DNA of 64,000 bases, taken from NCBI GenBank assembly GCA_943787795.1, contig CALSNU010000001.1:96001-160000 (forward strand). The letters run 5' to 3'. Below the pieces are notes generated by a model that was given only the letters and a program-made list of their open reading frames with translations, had not been told where the DNA came from and searched no databases. The DNA comes from an uncultured bacterium. GTDB taxonomy: Bacteria; Planctomycetota; UBA1135; GCA-002686595. The translations under genes were made by a program, and so were the position numbers. Below are positions 32,485-43,839 of the stretch, in pieces (position 1 is the stretch's first letter; each line of letters begins with the position of its first letter).

Positions 32485-33240
32485 TCAGAGGACTTTGGCT
32501 TCGTTCTGGAGGGCTTCGATGAGCGCGGGGACGGCGTCCGCCCCTTCGCCGACGATGCGGCCTTCCTTGCGGGCGGGCGGCAGCGCGACCTCGACCACTT
32601 CCGACTGGTTCTCGACGGCCTCGGGAGCGACCTCTTCGAGGGGCTTCTTCTTGGCGGCCATGATCCCCTTGAGCCCCGCGTAGCGCGGCTCGTTGAGGCC
32701 CTTCTGGCAGGTGATGACGGCGGGGAGCGAGAACTCGACCGTCTCGACGCCGGCCTCGGTCTCCACCTTGGCGGTGCCCTTGCCGTCCCCGATCTCGAGG
32801 TCGATCACGTCGGTCACGCAGGGCCACCCGAGGTAGGTGGCGACCATCGGTCCAACCGCGGCGTTGTCCCGATCCGTGGCGACTCGGCCCATGAAGACGA
32901 GGTCCGCCTCCATGCTAGAGAGCTGGGCGACGAGGGCCTTGGCCGTCGAGCGCGCGTCGCGGCTCTGCCAGTTGTCGTCGGTCAGGACGACCGCCTTGTC
33001 GCCGCCCTTCGCGAGGCACTCGCGGATCTCCTTCGTCCCGTTGGCGGGGCCGAGGGTGAGGACGGTGACCTCGCCGGAGCCGGCAGCCTCCTTGGTCTGG
33101 ACGGCCTGCTCAACGGCGATCTCGTCGTAGAACGAGATCATGTACTGGAAGTCGGACGCGTCGAGGCCTTGGCCGTCGGCGGTCGGCTTGGCGACGGCCT
33201 CGGTTGAAGGGACGCGCTTCACGCAAGCGACGATGTTCAT
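32485..33240 (-). CDS. etfB: Electron transfer flavoprotein subunit beta
   Basis: MNIVACVKRVP, YDEIAVEQA, LPAVITCQKGLNEPRY..LKGIMAAKKK. Confidence 0.96.
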   Translation of the reverse strand: MNIVACVKRVPSTEAVAKPTADGQGLDASDFQYMISFYDEIAVEQAVQTKEAAGSGEVTVLTLGPANGTKEIRECLAKGGDKAVVLTDDNWQSRDARSTAKALVAQLSSMEADLVFMGRVATDRDNAAVGPMVATYLGWPCVTDVIDLEIGDGKGTAKVETEAGVETVEFSLPAVITCQKGLNEPRYAGLKGIMAAKKKPLEEVAPEAVENQSEVVEVALPPARKEGRIVGEGADAVPALIEALQNEAKVL

Positions 33241-33339
33241 GGATGGGCTGGGGAGGGGGCTCAGAGCAGGTTTTTCGGCAAGCAGAATAGCCGCCGCCAC
33301 CAGCCCATGGGACCCCAGAAACGCCCTTCCCGCGCGCGA

Positions 33340-34125
33340 CTAGTCGATGAGCTCCCGCTCCTCCTGCGCCGAGACCCCCTTGGGGGCGGTGGTCTCGAAG
33401 TTCTTGCCCAGGTAGACCTCGCGGACCCGCCGGTCGTTGATGAGCTCCGTTGCGGTCCCCTCCCTCAGGATCTGGCCCTGGTGGATGATGTAGGCCCTGT
33501 CGGTGCTCTGGAGGGTCTCACGGACGCTGTGGTCGGTGATCAGGATCCCGATGCCCTGGTCCCGGAGGCGGTGGATCAGGACCTGGATCTCCTCCACGTT
33601 GATGGGGTCCACCCCGGCGAAGGGCTCGTCCAGGAGGAGGATCGAAGGCCGGGTCGCCAGGGACCGCGCGAGCTCCAGGCGCCGGCGTTCACCCCCTGAG
33701 AGGGTGTCGGCGCCGCTCTTGGCCAGGTGACTCAGCTCGAGCTCGGAGAGCAGCCGCGCGGCCTCGGAGCGGCGCTCCTTGCGGCGAATGGGGAGGGCCT
33801 CGAGCACCGCCAGGACGTTGTCCTCGAGGGTCATCTGCCGGAAGACGCTCGACTCCTGGGGGAGGTAGCCCATGCCGAGCCGGGCCCGCTTGAACATGGG
33901 CAGGCGCGTGCAGTCCTTGCCGCCCAGCTGGACCGAACCCGCGTCAGGCTCGACGACGCCGACCGTCATCCTGAAGCTGGTCGTCTTGCCCGCTCCGTTC
34001 GGACCGAGCAGGCCGACGATCTCACCGGGCTCCACGTAGAAGCCCACGCCGTCCACAACCCTGCGGCCGCGATAGGCCTTGATCAGGCCCTCGACGTGGA
34101 GGGGAGGGTGGTCGGAAGTGGACAT
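33340..34125 (-). CDS. lptB: LPS export ABC transporter ATP-binding protein
   Basis: [71 protein letters not shown]. Confidence 0.95.
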   Translation of the reverse strand: MSTSDHPPLHVEGLIKAYRGRRVVDGVGFYVEPGEIVGLLGPNGAGKTTSFRMTVGVVEPDAGSVQLGGKDCTRLPMFKRARLGMGYLPQESSVFRQMTLEDNVLAVLEALPIRRKERRSEAARLLSELELSHLAKSGADTLSGGERRRLELARSLATRPSILLLDEPFAGVDPINVEEIQVLIHRLRDQGIGILITDHSVRETLQSTDRAYIIHQGQILREGTATELINDRRVREVYLGKNFETTAPKGVSAQEERELID

Positions 34126-34249
34126 GGGTGCTCAAGCGGTGCGGCTGCGGGAACCCTCCGCGCCGATTCCACCAGGGATGGCCAGGATGCGGGGATGACC
34201 GGGGTGCGAGAACGACAGGGGTGCGGGGAGCGCTGGGAAGGATGCCGCC

Positions 34250-35782
34250 TCAGCGGACCCACTTCCAGCGGTAGACGTCCTGCTGTGGCGCGAGCGGCCA
34301 GACCACCGCGACGGCTCGACCACGGATGAGGGCCCGCGGCACGAGTGGAGCCTCCTTGTCGGCCAGGCGAGAGACCTCGCCCCGTTCAAAGACGTGCCGC
34401 TCTCCCAGGGAGTCTCGGAGCACGAGCTGCTCCCACTTCCGCTTCTTGGGGAAGTACATCGGATTGGAGTCGGGGCGCGGGCTCATGCTGTCCCGGAGGT
34501 TGCCGCTGATCGTCTCTCCGGCTCGCTCGCCCTCCTCGATCTTGAACTCGACCAGGGTCCAGTCGCGGCCGTCGGATGAGTCCTGGCTGTTGTCGCCGAG
34601 GACCACGTAGTTGCCCTCCGGGATGGACCACCGGCTGATCTTCTGGCGCGTCGGGTCGAAGGTGTAGTAGATGTCCCGCCAGACCTTCATGTCCTCGACG
34701 AGGGTTTGAGACCCCTCGGGAGCCTCGATGCGGAGGGTGACCTTGGAGCGCGCTCGGTCCGGGGCCGCGGGCACCTCGAGGCTGGCGACCTCCTCGCCGT
34801 CAATCCGCAGGGCGAGGCGATCGTTCAGGTTCTCCACCTCGACCTCGATGGTCTCACCGGCCAACAGCCGTACGGCCCCGTCGGTGACCCTGGCCTCGAG
34901 GAGCTCTTCGGGGTCGGCGAGGCTCAGATTCGTCGCCACGATCCGAGCTCGCTCGCCGGCCGGCGCGGTGGGGCCGGGGAGGAGGAACTTGAAGCGACGG
35001 CGGCCCTCGTGCAACTCGATGGCGACCTCGCGACAGGCCGAGTCGGCCTTGATCTCGCAGCGAGCCCGGAGGTCGGAGACGTCGTTGAAGTTGGATCCCT
35101 TCTTGCGGGTGTTGATGTCGTCCTTGATCCCTTCGGGGTAGCCGTCCACGTAGTTGTCGCGGATGGACTCGTAGGTCCGCGGGAAGGTCGCCTCACCGCG
35201 ACCGGTGGCGGTGAACTGATCGCCCGAGGACTCGGGAGTGATCTTCCAGCGCCCGGCGGTGCCGGTGGACATCTTCCACTCGCCCGCGGTGTCGAGCCGG
35301 CGAAGCTGGGCGTCCTGGATCGAGCGCGGGCGCCGCAGGATCTTGAACTCAGCCTCCCCGTCAGGGCGGATCCAGGGATCACCTCCGCGGATCTCCAGCT
35401 CCTCTCCGGGCATGCCGATGATGCGCTTGATGAAGTTCTTGGAGCTGTCGAGCGGGTAGTTGAAGACCGCGATCTCGAACCGGTCGGGGTCCCGGAAGTG
35501 GTAGGAGAACTTGTCGACGATGACGCGATCGTAGATCCCCGTCTCCGAGTTCCCCATCAGGGTCGGCTGCATGGATCCCGTCGGGATCTTGTAGGCCTCG
35601 ACGACGAAGTACTTGAAGAGGACGATGGTCGCGATCGCGACCGCCACGGCCTCGATGTTGTCCCGCCACGGGCGGCTCTTCTCCAGCTTCTTTCGCTCGG
35701 CGGAGCTCATCTTCGCCATCGCTCCCGTGGGGGGGGCGGAGGAGACGGAGGGCCGGTCTTGGGTCGGGTCGAGTTCGGGCAC
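34250..35782 (-). CDS. lepB: Signal peptidase I with a large periplasmic insertion
   Basis: EAYKIPTGSMQPTL (catalytic Ser), NFIKRIIGMPGE (catalytic Lys), LGDNSQDSSDGR. GTG 35782 is 7 nt after TATTCT; ATG 35719 is an alternative start. Confidence 0.93.
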   Translation of the reverse strand: MPELDPTQDRPSVSSAPPTGAMAKMSSAERKKLEKSRPWRDNIEAVAVAIATIVLFKYFVVEAYKIPTGSMQPTLMGNSETGIYDRVIVDKFSYHFRDPDRFEIAVFNYPLDSSKNFIKRIIGMPGEELEIRGGDPWIRPDGEAEFKILRRPRSIQDAQLRRLDTAGEWKMSTGTAGRWKITPESSGDQFTATGRGEATFPRTYESIRDNYVDGYPEGIKDDINTRKKGSNFNDVSDLRARCEIKADSACREVAIELHEGRRRFKFLLPGPTAPAGERARIVATNLSLADPEELLEARVTDGAVRLLAGETIEVEVENLNDRLALRIDGEEVASLEVPAAPDRARSKVTLRIEAPEGSQTLVEDMKVWRDIYYTFDPTRQKISRWSIPEGNYVVLGDNSQDSSDGRDWTLVEFKIEEGERAGETISGNLRDSMSPRPDSNPMYFPKKRKWEQLVLRDSLGERHVFERGEVSRLADKEAPLVPRALIRGRAVAVVWPLAPQQDVYRWKWVR

Positions 35783-35937
35783 GCCGGAGAGAATAGCCGA
35801 GGAGGGTGCGCAGTGCCCGGCTGCCGGCGGATCCTGGTGGGGGTCGGAGGGCGCTTGGCGGGGCCGCGGAGCCCTCGACCTCATCGTCCGGGTGGCTCGG
35901 CTGGATTCGGGGGGAGCCTCTTCGGCACGATGGGGCG

Positions 35938-36258
35938 ATGTTCGAATTCCACGAAGCCGAGGAGCTGCTGCGGACGGCGACGCCGCCCAGGACCGGGTCC
36001 ACCAGCTGGTACGACGCTTGCGACCTGGTGGCCACGGAGATCAAGAGGCGGCTGCGGGAGCGATTCGACCGAGGGTTCCCGGTCGACGTCTACGGCGATG
36101 AGGTGGGGCTCATCGTGCGGGTCCGGGGAGACGGGTACGGGGTCACGCCCTGGAGCGTTGACGTCCCCTTCGACCCCGCCCAGCCCCTGGCTCCTCAGAC
36201 AGCGGCGCTCGTGGAGCAGGTGGACCGGGAGGTCACCGCGGCGTACGTGGTGGACTGA
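35938..36258 (+). CDS. Hypothetical protein (106 aa)
   Basis: Globular-looking composition from MFEFHEAEELL. Fills the gap between lepB and the M64 gene. Confidence 0.6.
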   Translation: MFEFHEAEELLRTATPPRTGSTSWYDACDLVATEIKRRLRERFDRGFPVDVYGDEVGLIVRVRGDGYGVTPWSVDVPFDPAQPLAPQTAALVEQVDREVTAAYVVD

Positions 36259-36340
36259 AGGGCCGGGAGCGCAGAACCTTGAAACCGAGCTTGGCGGCAG
36301 CGTGGAGGCGAGCCCGGCGTGCAGGGTCTATCCTCGGGCC

Positions 36341-37750
36341 ATGAAGGCTCTGCTCGCTCTGCCCCTGATCCTGCTCTTCCCCGAGGTCTCCCCGCGTGCG
36401 CCGGTCGGTCCCGACGGGGAGGCTGCGGCGCTGCTGGAGAAGGCCGAGGGACGTGCCTCGGCCGGCAAGTACCGAGAGGCCCAGCGACTCTATCGGAAGC
36501 TCGCGGAGGACTTCTCGGGGACCCCAGAGGGCCGGATCGGGGAGCGCCGCGCGAGGCCCAGCGCGTTCCTCGGCGCCGCCGATATCGTCCGGCACGGAGA
36601 CTCAAGCAACCGGGTGGACGTGGTCCTGATGGGGGAGGGCTACCAGCTCAAGGAGATGAAGGCCTTCGCCAAGCTGGCCGACGACCTGCCGGACTACTTC
36701 CGGCGGAACCGGACCCTCGGCGAGTACTTCAGCTACTTCAACTTCATCCGCGCGGACCTCGTCAGCGCAGATAACGGCGTCGACGGCTTCGGGCGAGAGT
36801 ATGACACCGCCCTCGGGGGTCACATCCTCGGGACCTACGCCGGGCACGTGAGCGTCAATGGTGGTGAGGTGCGGAAGATGCTGGACGAGCTGCCCGCCCA
36901 CGACGGCCAGGCGATCGTCTTCGCCAAGCTCGGCGTGCTGGGCTCGGGCGGCGGTGGGATCGCCACCATCGGCGGCCGCAACATGAAGACCACGCTCCAC
37001 GAGTTCGGTCACTCCTTCGGGCGCCTGTCGGATGAGTACAGCAGCGAGACCCACAAGCGCGGGGCCACCAAGGCAAACGTCAACGTCACCGATAGCCCGG
37101 ACCCGGACCTGGCCCCGTGGAAGCACTTCATTGATGCCAAGGTCCCCGGCGTGGACATGTACCAGGGGGCTGACGGCCGCGCGCGCGGGGCGTGGAGGCC
37201 GACCGCGAACGGCTGCATCATGGGCGCCGGCGAGTTCTACTGCCCCGTCTGCCGCGAGCAGCTGGTCAAGCTGATCTACTCGATGGTCGACCCCATCGAC
37301 CGGGCGCATCCTGCTCCCCATCGATCCCGGTCGAGGGACGAGCACGTGGTGGAGGGCAAGGAGCTGGTCCTCGAGGTGACCGCCATGCAGCCGGCCAGCC
37401 ACACGCTGCAGGTCGAGTGGTGGGTGTTCCCCGAGGCCGATGCGCCCGGATCTCTGGTCAGCGACGGCCCCCATGCCGCGAGGGCCAAGGGCGGCCGCAG
37501 GTCGACGCGGAACCCGGTCGAGCTCGCGCCCATCGACGCCAAGCCCGCCCAGAAGAGCAAGGGGAAGCGCGACGGGGAGCACGACTTCCGCTTCAAGCGG
37601 AGCGCCTTTCCGCCCGGCCGCTACCGGGTGATCTGCCGGGTGACCGACCCGACCAAGCTGCGCGGCGACCGGCACCCCTGGGTGCTCAAGGACGACCGAG
37701 GCCTCCTCCAGAGCGAGGTCGGTTGGTGGGTCAGGGTCCCGGCGGAGTGA
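36341..37750 (+). CDS. Secreted M64 (IgA peptidase-like) metallopeptidase
   Basis: Signal peptide; NRVDVVLMGEGY, HEFGHSFGRLSDEY, WRPT..CIM...YCPVCRE. TATCCT 6 nt before ATG. Confidence 0.9.
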   Translation: MKALLALPLILLFPEVSPRAPVGPDGEAAALLEKAEGRASAGKYREAQRLYRKLAEDFSGTPEGRIGERRARPSAFLGAADIVRHGDSSNRVDVVLMGEGYQLKEMKAFAKLADDLPDYFRRNRTLGEYFSYFNFIRADLVSADNGVDGFGREYDTALGGHILGTYAGHVSVNGGEVRKMLDELPAHDGQAIVFAKLGVLGSGGGGIATIGGRNMKTTLHEFGHSFGRLSDEYSSETHKRGATKANVNVTDSPDPDLAPWKHFIDAKVPGVDMYQGADGRARGAWRPTANGCIMGAGEFYCPVCREQLVKLIYSMVDPIDRAHPAPHRSRSRDEHVVEGKELVLEVTAMQPASHTLQVEWWVFPEADAPGSLVSDGPHAARAKGGRRSTRNPVELAPIDAKPAQKSKGKRDGEHDFRFKRSAFPPGRYRVICRVTDPTKLRGDRHPWVLKDDRGLLQSEVGWWVRVPAE

Positions 37751-37801
37751 ACGCGCCGGGTCGCCCCGCCGCCCCGCTCCCCTCTCGACCTTCGGGTCAG
37801 A

Positions 37802-37891
37802 TCACTCTGACCCGAGGGCTCACTCTGACCCGAGGGCTCACTCTGACCCGAGGGCTCACTCTGACCCGAGGGCTCACTCTGACCCGAGGAC

Positions 37892-37909
<18 letters not shown>
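37802..37909 (-). repeat. 18-bp tandem repeat x6 copying the last 18 nt of lepA
   Basis: tcactctgacccgagggc x4 then tcactctgacccgaggac x2. The last unit is the lepA 3' end (GTC CTC GGG TCA GAG TGA). Confidence 0.95.
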
Positions 37910-39685
<1,776 letters not shown>

Positions 39686-39710
39686 TCGTCTGAGACGCGG
39701 CGCGCCGGGG

Positions 39711-40331
39711 TCAGCTGTCCTTGAGAATTCGGGAGAGCGCGGGTTCGAGCTCCTTGAGTGCTCGGCCACGGTGACTCACCGAGGCCTTCTCATCGCCCGA
39801 GAGGGTCGCGAACACCAGCCCTGTGACCGGGAACCCTTCCTCGGAGAACTCGAAGAGCGGATCGTATCCGAATCCGCCCTCTCCCTGCGCCTCGCGCAGG
39901 ATCCTCCCGTGCGTGCGACCGATGGTCTCGTGCGCGATCTCGCCCGTGTGGGGGTGAGCCAGCGCCAAGGCGCAAACGAAGGCCGCGCCGCGGTCCTCGT
40001 CTGAGACCTCAGCCAGCTCGAGCAGTAGCTTGGCGTTGTTGCCTTGATCGTCGCCGTGGGTGCCGGCGTAGCGCGCCGAGTAGACGCCGGGGGCGCCGCC
40101 GAGGGCGTCAACCTCGAGTCCTGAGTCGTCGGCGAGCGTCCAGAGGCCTGAGTGCTGGGCGCCCTCCCGGGCCTTCTTCGCGGCGTTGGCGGCGAACGTC
40201 ACCCCGTCCTCGACGCACTCGGGGAGCCCACCGATGTCCGCAGGCTGGACCACCTCGACCCCCAGGGGGGCGGTGATCCGCTGCAGCTCGATGAGCTTCT
40301 TGCGGTTGCCGGAGGCGAGGAGGAGCTTCAT
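39711..40331 (-). CDS. rdgB: Non-canonical purine NTP pyrophosphatase (RdgB/HAM1)
   Basis: LLASGN.KK..E, ADDSGLEVDALGGAPGVYSARY, GFGYDPLF, K..VSHRGRA. Confidence 0.96.
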   Translation of the reverse strand: MKLLLASGNRKKLIELQRITAPLGVEVVQPADIGGLPECVEDGVTFAANAAKKAREGAQHSGLWTLADDSGLEVDALGGAPGVYSARYAGTHGDDQGNNAKLLLELAEVSDEDRGAAFVCALALAHPHTGEIAHETIGRTHGRILREAQGEGGFGYDPLFEFSEEGFPVTGLVFATLSGDEKASVSHRGRALKELEPALSRILKDS

Positions 40332-40332
40332 T

Positions 40333-41049
40333 TCAGCCCTTCAGCGCCTCGTTCTGGAGCTCGAAGATCCGTCGAATCCCGGCTTCGCCGAGGTCGATGA
40401 GCTGGTTCAGCTCGGCGCGGTCGAAGGGCGCCCCCTCGGCGGCGCCCTGGACCTCGACGAACTTTCCGTCGCCGGTCATGACGAGGTTCATGTCGCTCTC
40501 GGCCTTGCTGTCTTCCTTGTAGCAGAGGTCCGCCATGGGGGTGCCGCGCACCACCCCGACCGAGACGGCGCCGAGCTGTGAGACCAGCGGCCAGCTCCTG
40601 AGCTTGCGCTGCTCGTCCAGGCGCGTCAGGGCGTCGTGCAGGGCGACGTAGGCGCCGCTGATGGCGGCGGTGCGGGTGCCCCCGTCGGCCTGGAGCACGT
40701 CACAGTCCACCCAGATCGTCCGCTCGGTGAGCGCCTTGAGGTCGACCACGGCGCGCAGGGCGCGGCCGATCAGCCGCTGGATCTCCACGGAGCGGCCATC
40801 CACGCGAGCGCCCTTGTCCCGGGCCTTGCGGTCGTGGGTCGAGCTGGGCAGCATCGAGTACTCGGCCGTGACCCAGCCGCCGCCTTTGCCCTTGAGGAAG
40901 TGCGGCACGCTCTCCTGGACGAAGGCTGTGCAGAGCACGCGCGTCTCACCGAAGCAGGTGAGGACAGAGCCCTGGGCGTGGTTGGTGAAGCCCCGCTCGA
41001 AGGTGATCGGGCGGAGCTGCTCGGGGGTGCGACCGTCGCTGCGCTGCAT
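40333..41049 (-). CDS. rph: Ribonuclease PH
   Basis: [60 protein letters not shown]. Confidence 0.98.
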   Translation of the reverse strand: MQRSDGRTPEQLRPITFERGFTNHAQGSVLTCFGETRVLCTAFVQESVPHFLKGKGGGWVTAEYSMLPSSTHDRKARDKGARVDGRSVEIQRLIGRALRAVVDLKALTERTIWVDCDVLQADGGTRTAAISGAYVALHDALTRLDEQRKLRSWPLVSQLGAVSVGVVRGTPMADLCYKEDSKAESDMNLVMTGDGKFVEVQGAAEGAPFDRAELNQLIDLGEAGIRRIFELQNEALKG

Positions 41050-41256
41050 GGGAGTCGAGGGTGATGGAGGAGGGGGAGGCCTCGAATTGAGGGCGAGGAG
41101 TGTAGTGGAGGTCGCCCGGGCGAGGGGGCGTGAAGGCCAACCAACCCCCTCTGCTGGACCGGTGACGGAGGTCAGGAGGCGTGACCGTGGGGGCCCAGGG
41201 GCTGGCGCCGCAGGTCCGCAGCTGGGGGCGGGACCCACACCTCTGGCTCCACTCTT

Positions 41257-41328
41257 TCAATGCCGGGCTCAATGCCGGGCCCAGGGCCGGGCCCAGGGTC
41301 AGGCTCAGGGTCAGGCTCAGGGCGCGGG
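41257..41328 (-). repeat. 12-bp polar tandem repeat x6 starting at the birA stop codon
   Basis: tcaatgccgggc x2, ccagggccgggc, ccagggtcaggc, tcagggtcaggc, tcagggcgcggg (gene end). Confidence 0.7.
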
Positions 41329-42066
41329 CCGGACGCCGCGCACGTGGGCAACCGGGAGGTGCCGCGCCCGGCCGGAATCCTCGACCCGCAGGCCGAGGAA
41401 GGGGTCGAGACCGGTCCAGGTCCCCACGACCTGTTGTTCGGCCCCGTCCACCTCGACTCGCGCGCCGGCCAGCGCGCAGCGATCGAAGAAGTCCGAGTAG
41501 AGCCCTCCAGCATCCTCCTCGATCTCCTGGCTCCGCTGCTGTAGCGCGGCGATGAGTCTCGCCTCGATCGAGGCGAGGTCGAGGTCCGGGGCGAGGTCCC
41601 CGAGCGAGGCGACAGCCCGTTCGGCCCGCAGGGTCCTGGAGGGACCTGCCCCGGTCACGTTGAGCCCGATGCCGAGGACGAACGTCGCGGGTCCATCGGC
41701 GCGGAGCCCCCTGGACTCCGCCAGGACGCCGGCGATCTTGGCACCCTCGAGCGTGATGACGTCGTTGGGCCACTTGATGACGGCCTCGGCTCCCGCCGAG
41801 GTCACCACGTCATGGACCGCGAGCGCGCCCGCGCAGGTCCACGCCCCTGGGGGCGGCATGGCGTCGGAGCGCAGCACGACGCTCAGGTAGAGGCCGCCCA
41901 CTCCGCTCTCCCAGGTGCGGCCCCGTGTCCCGCGTCCTGCAGACTGTGCCGCGGCGACGAAGGTGTCTCCGTGACGAGCCTCGCCGGCCTCGTGGGCAGC
42001 GAACGCGAGGTCATTCGTGGAGGGGACAACCTCGTGTTGGAACCGTCTCCAGGGGAGGGGGGCCAT
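41317..42066 (-). CDS. birA: Biotin--protein ligase (no N-terminal HTH)
   Basis: STND, QSAGRGTRGRTWES, LYLSVVL, IKWPNDV, KIAGVL.E, LGIGLNV. Confidence 0.93.
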   Translation of the reverse strand: MAPLPWRRFQHEVVPSTNDLAFAAHEAGEARHGDTFVAAAQSAGRGTRGRTWESGVGGLYLSVVLRSDAMPPPGAWTCAGALAVHDVVTSAGAEAVIKWPNDVITLEGAKIAGVLAESRGLRADGPATFVLGIGLNVTGAGPSRTLRAERAVASLGDLAPDLDLASIEARLIAALQQRSQEIEEDAGGLYSDFFDRCALAGARVEVDGAEQQVVGTWTGLDPFLGLRVEDSGRARHLPVAHVRGVRPAP

Positions 42067-42078
42067 GGGAGAGGGCGC

Positions 42079-43752
42079 TTACTTCGAGCCCTCGGCCGGG
42101 GGCCAGAGCTCGGCGGCCAGGGCGATGGGGATGCCGTAGCCGATGGTGTAGACCGCCGTCTGGTCAGGGAGCGCCTGGACGCTGACCACAATCCCGACGA
42201 CGCGGCCCGCGGTGTCGGTGATCGGGCCGCCGCTGTTCCCGGGGTGAACGCCGGCGTCCACCTGGATCTGGTCCCCGACCTTCCTCGAGAGGATCCCGCG
42301 GAAGATGGAGGAGATGACGGTCTCGCCCTCTTGGACCGCCAGGAACCCGAGCGGGAAGCCCAGGAGGAAGATGTCGCTCCCGGGCAGGGGGAGCTCGACG
42401 TCCGTGGAGAAGCCCTCGAGCACCGGCATCCCCTCGAAGGGCTCGATCTTCAGCAGCGCCAGGTCCACGCCCTTGCGGCTCCTGGAGTGAACCACGGCGT
42501 CGTGCCGGGTGGACTCGTCCGAGAACACCACCGTGACCTCCACGATCTGCTCAAGCAGGGGCGTGCTGCGGATCGCGCGCAGGAGCTCGTTGTCCGGCGG
42601 CCCCACCACGTGGGCGTTGGTGAAGATCCAACCGTCAGCGTCGATGCAGAAGCCAGAGCCAGTGGAATCCAGCACGAACTCGCTGCCGCGCCCCTCGAAG
42701 TTGGGCTGGGCGGAGGGGCCTTCCCCATCGAGGAACAGCATCGCACCGGTCTCGACGTTGCGGATCCGCACCTCGTTCTCGATCAAGACCACCGTGCGCC
42801 GGACGTCAGCGACACCGCTCACGCGGGCCTGCGCGAGGTTGACGGGGTCGAGCAGGTCGACCTTCTGTCGCGCGTCTCGCAGCTCGCTGCGCGTGGTGTC
42901 GAGGTCGGCCCGGGCCACCTCGAGGTCGCGGACCACTCGGTCGAGGACGCCGTCGTCTCCCCCGGTCCTCTCCAGCTCGACCACCCGGTCCCGCAGTCGC
43001 GCCTCCTCGGCGGCGCGCGCCTTGACCGACGACTCCAGCGTCTCGGCCCGCTGGATCAGGTCGCCCTCGAGGGAGCGCAGGGTGGCGAGGCGGGACTCGG
43101 AGCGGTCAAGTTCATCCTGGGCGCGGTCTCGCTCGCGCAGGTCGAGGGCCGCGATCTCAGCGTACGCCTCGGCCAGCCGCTGCTCGTAGGTGAGAGATCG
43201 AGCGTCGAGCTCTTCCTTCATCTCGCTCGCGCTCTGGCGCGAGTCCCATGCGAGCCACGAGGCTGCGCCGAGCAGCAGGACCCCGAGGACCGCCAGCCGC
43301 AGCCGGCTGCCGCGTCGGCCGCGCTGGACGATGGCTTCGACCTCGCCCGTGTTGGGGCGCAGCTCCTCGCGGCGGACGAAGACCGTGTCGTTGAGGTCTC
43401 GGCTGCCGACCACCAGGAGCTTTGGACCGACACTGCCGAGCCGGACTACGTCGCCGACCACCAGCTCAACGGGGCCCTCGATCGGGTGACCGTTGACCAG
43501 GGTGCCGTTGCTGGAGCCCAGGTCCAGGACCGAGAGCACGCTCCCCCGGCGCTCGAAGCGGCAGTGATGGGCCGACACCGAGGGGTAGCGGCCGTCCACG
43601 AGCGCGATGTCATTGTCCTCGGCCCGGCCGGCGGTGAGGCCAGCATCTGCCTCTCCGGCTCGATCCGGACGCAGGTCCATGGGGGCGGGGAAGCCGACCA
43701 CGTCCACGGGCTTGAGGCGCAGGGCGCCAGCGGGTGCGAAGGGGTCCTTCAT
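42079..43752 (-). CDS. FHA domain - TM - coiled coil - trypsin-like serine protease
   Basis: FHA (GR..DND...VSAHHC...DLGSSNGTLVNG), TM segment, coiled coil, then GSGF..TNAHVV, DLALLK, GNSGGP. Start uncertain. Confidence 0.88.
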   Translation of the reverse strand: MKDPFAPAGALRLKPVDVVGFPAPMDLRPDRAGEADAGLTAGRAEDNDIALVDGRYPSVSAHHCRFERRGSVLSVLDLGSSNGTLVNGHPIEGPVELVVGDVVRLGSVGPKLLVVGSRDLNDTVFVRREELRPNTGEVEAIVQRGRRGSRLRLAVLGVLLLGAASWLAWDSRQSASEMKEELDARSLTYEQRLAEAYAEIAALDLRERDRAQDELDRSESRLATLRSLEGDLIQRAETLESSVKARAAEEARLRDRVVELERTGGDDGVLDRVVRDLEVARADLDTTRSELRDARQKVDLLDPVNLAQARVSGVADVRRTVVLIENEVRIRNVETGAMLFLDGEGPSAQPNFEGRGSEFVLDSTGSGFCIDADGWIFTNAHVVGPPDNELLRAIRSTPLLEQIVEVTVVFSDESTRHDAVVHSRSRKGVDLALLKIEPFEGMPVLEGFSTDVELPLPGSDIFLLGFPLGFLAVQEGETVISSIFRGILSRKVGDQIQVDAGVHPGNSGGPITDTAGRVVGIVVSVQALPDQTAVYTIGYGIPIALAAELWPPAEGSK

Positions 43753-43839
43753 CGACCCGCAGAGCTTGCCGAGTCCTCCAGCGACGCGCGATACACTCAC
43801 CCCGTTCTCTTATCCAAGACTCTCCCTCGCCCCCGAGCC

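Noticed and set aside
34706..36340. 1014-aa ORF as a long M64 protein
   Set aside because: The upstream part is antisense to lepB and overlaps another gene. A signal peptide and -10 box mark 36341 as the start.
41812..43839. 1642-aa ORF as a giant fusion protein
   Set aside because: The N-terminal 676 codons are the antisense shadow of the FHA-protease and birA genes. The real M14 gene starts at 43840 with a signal peptide.
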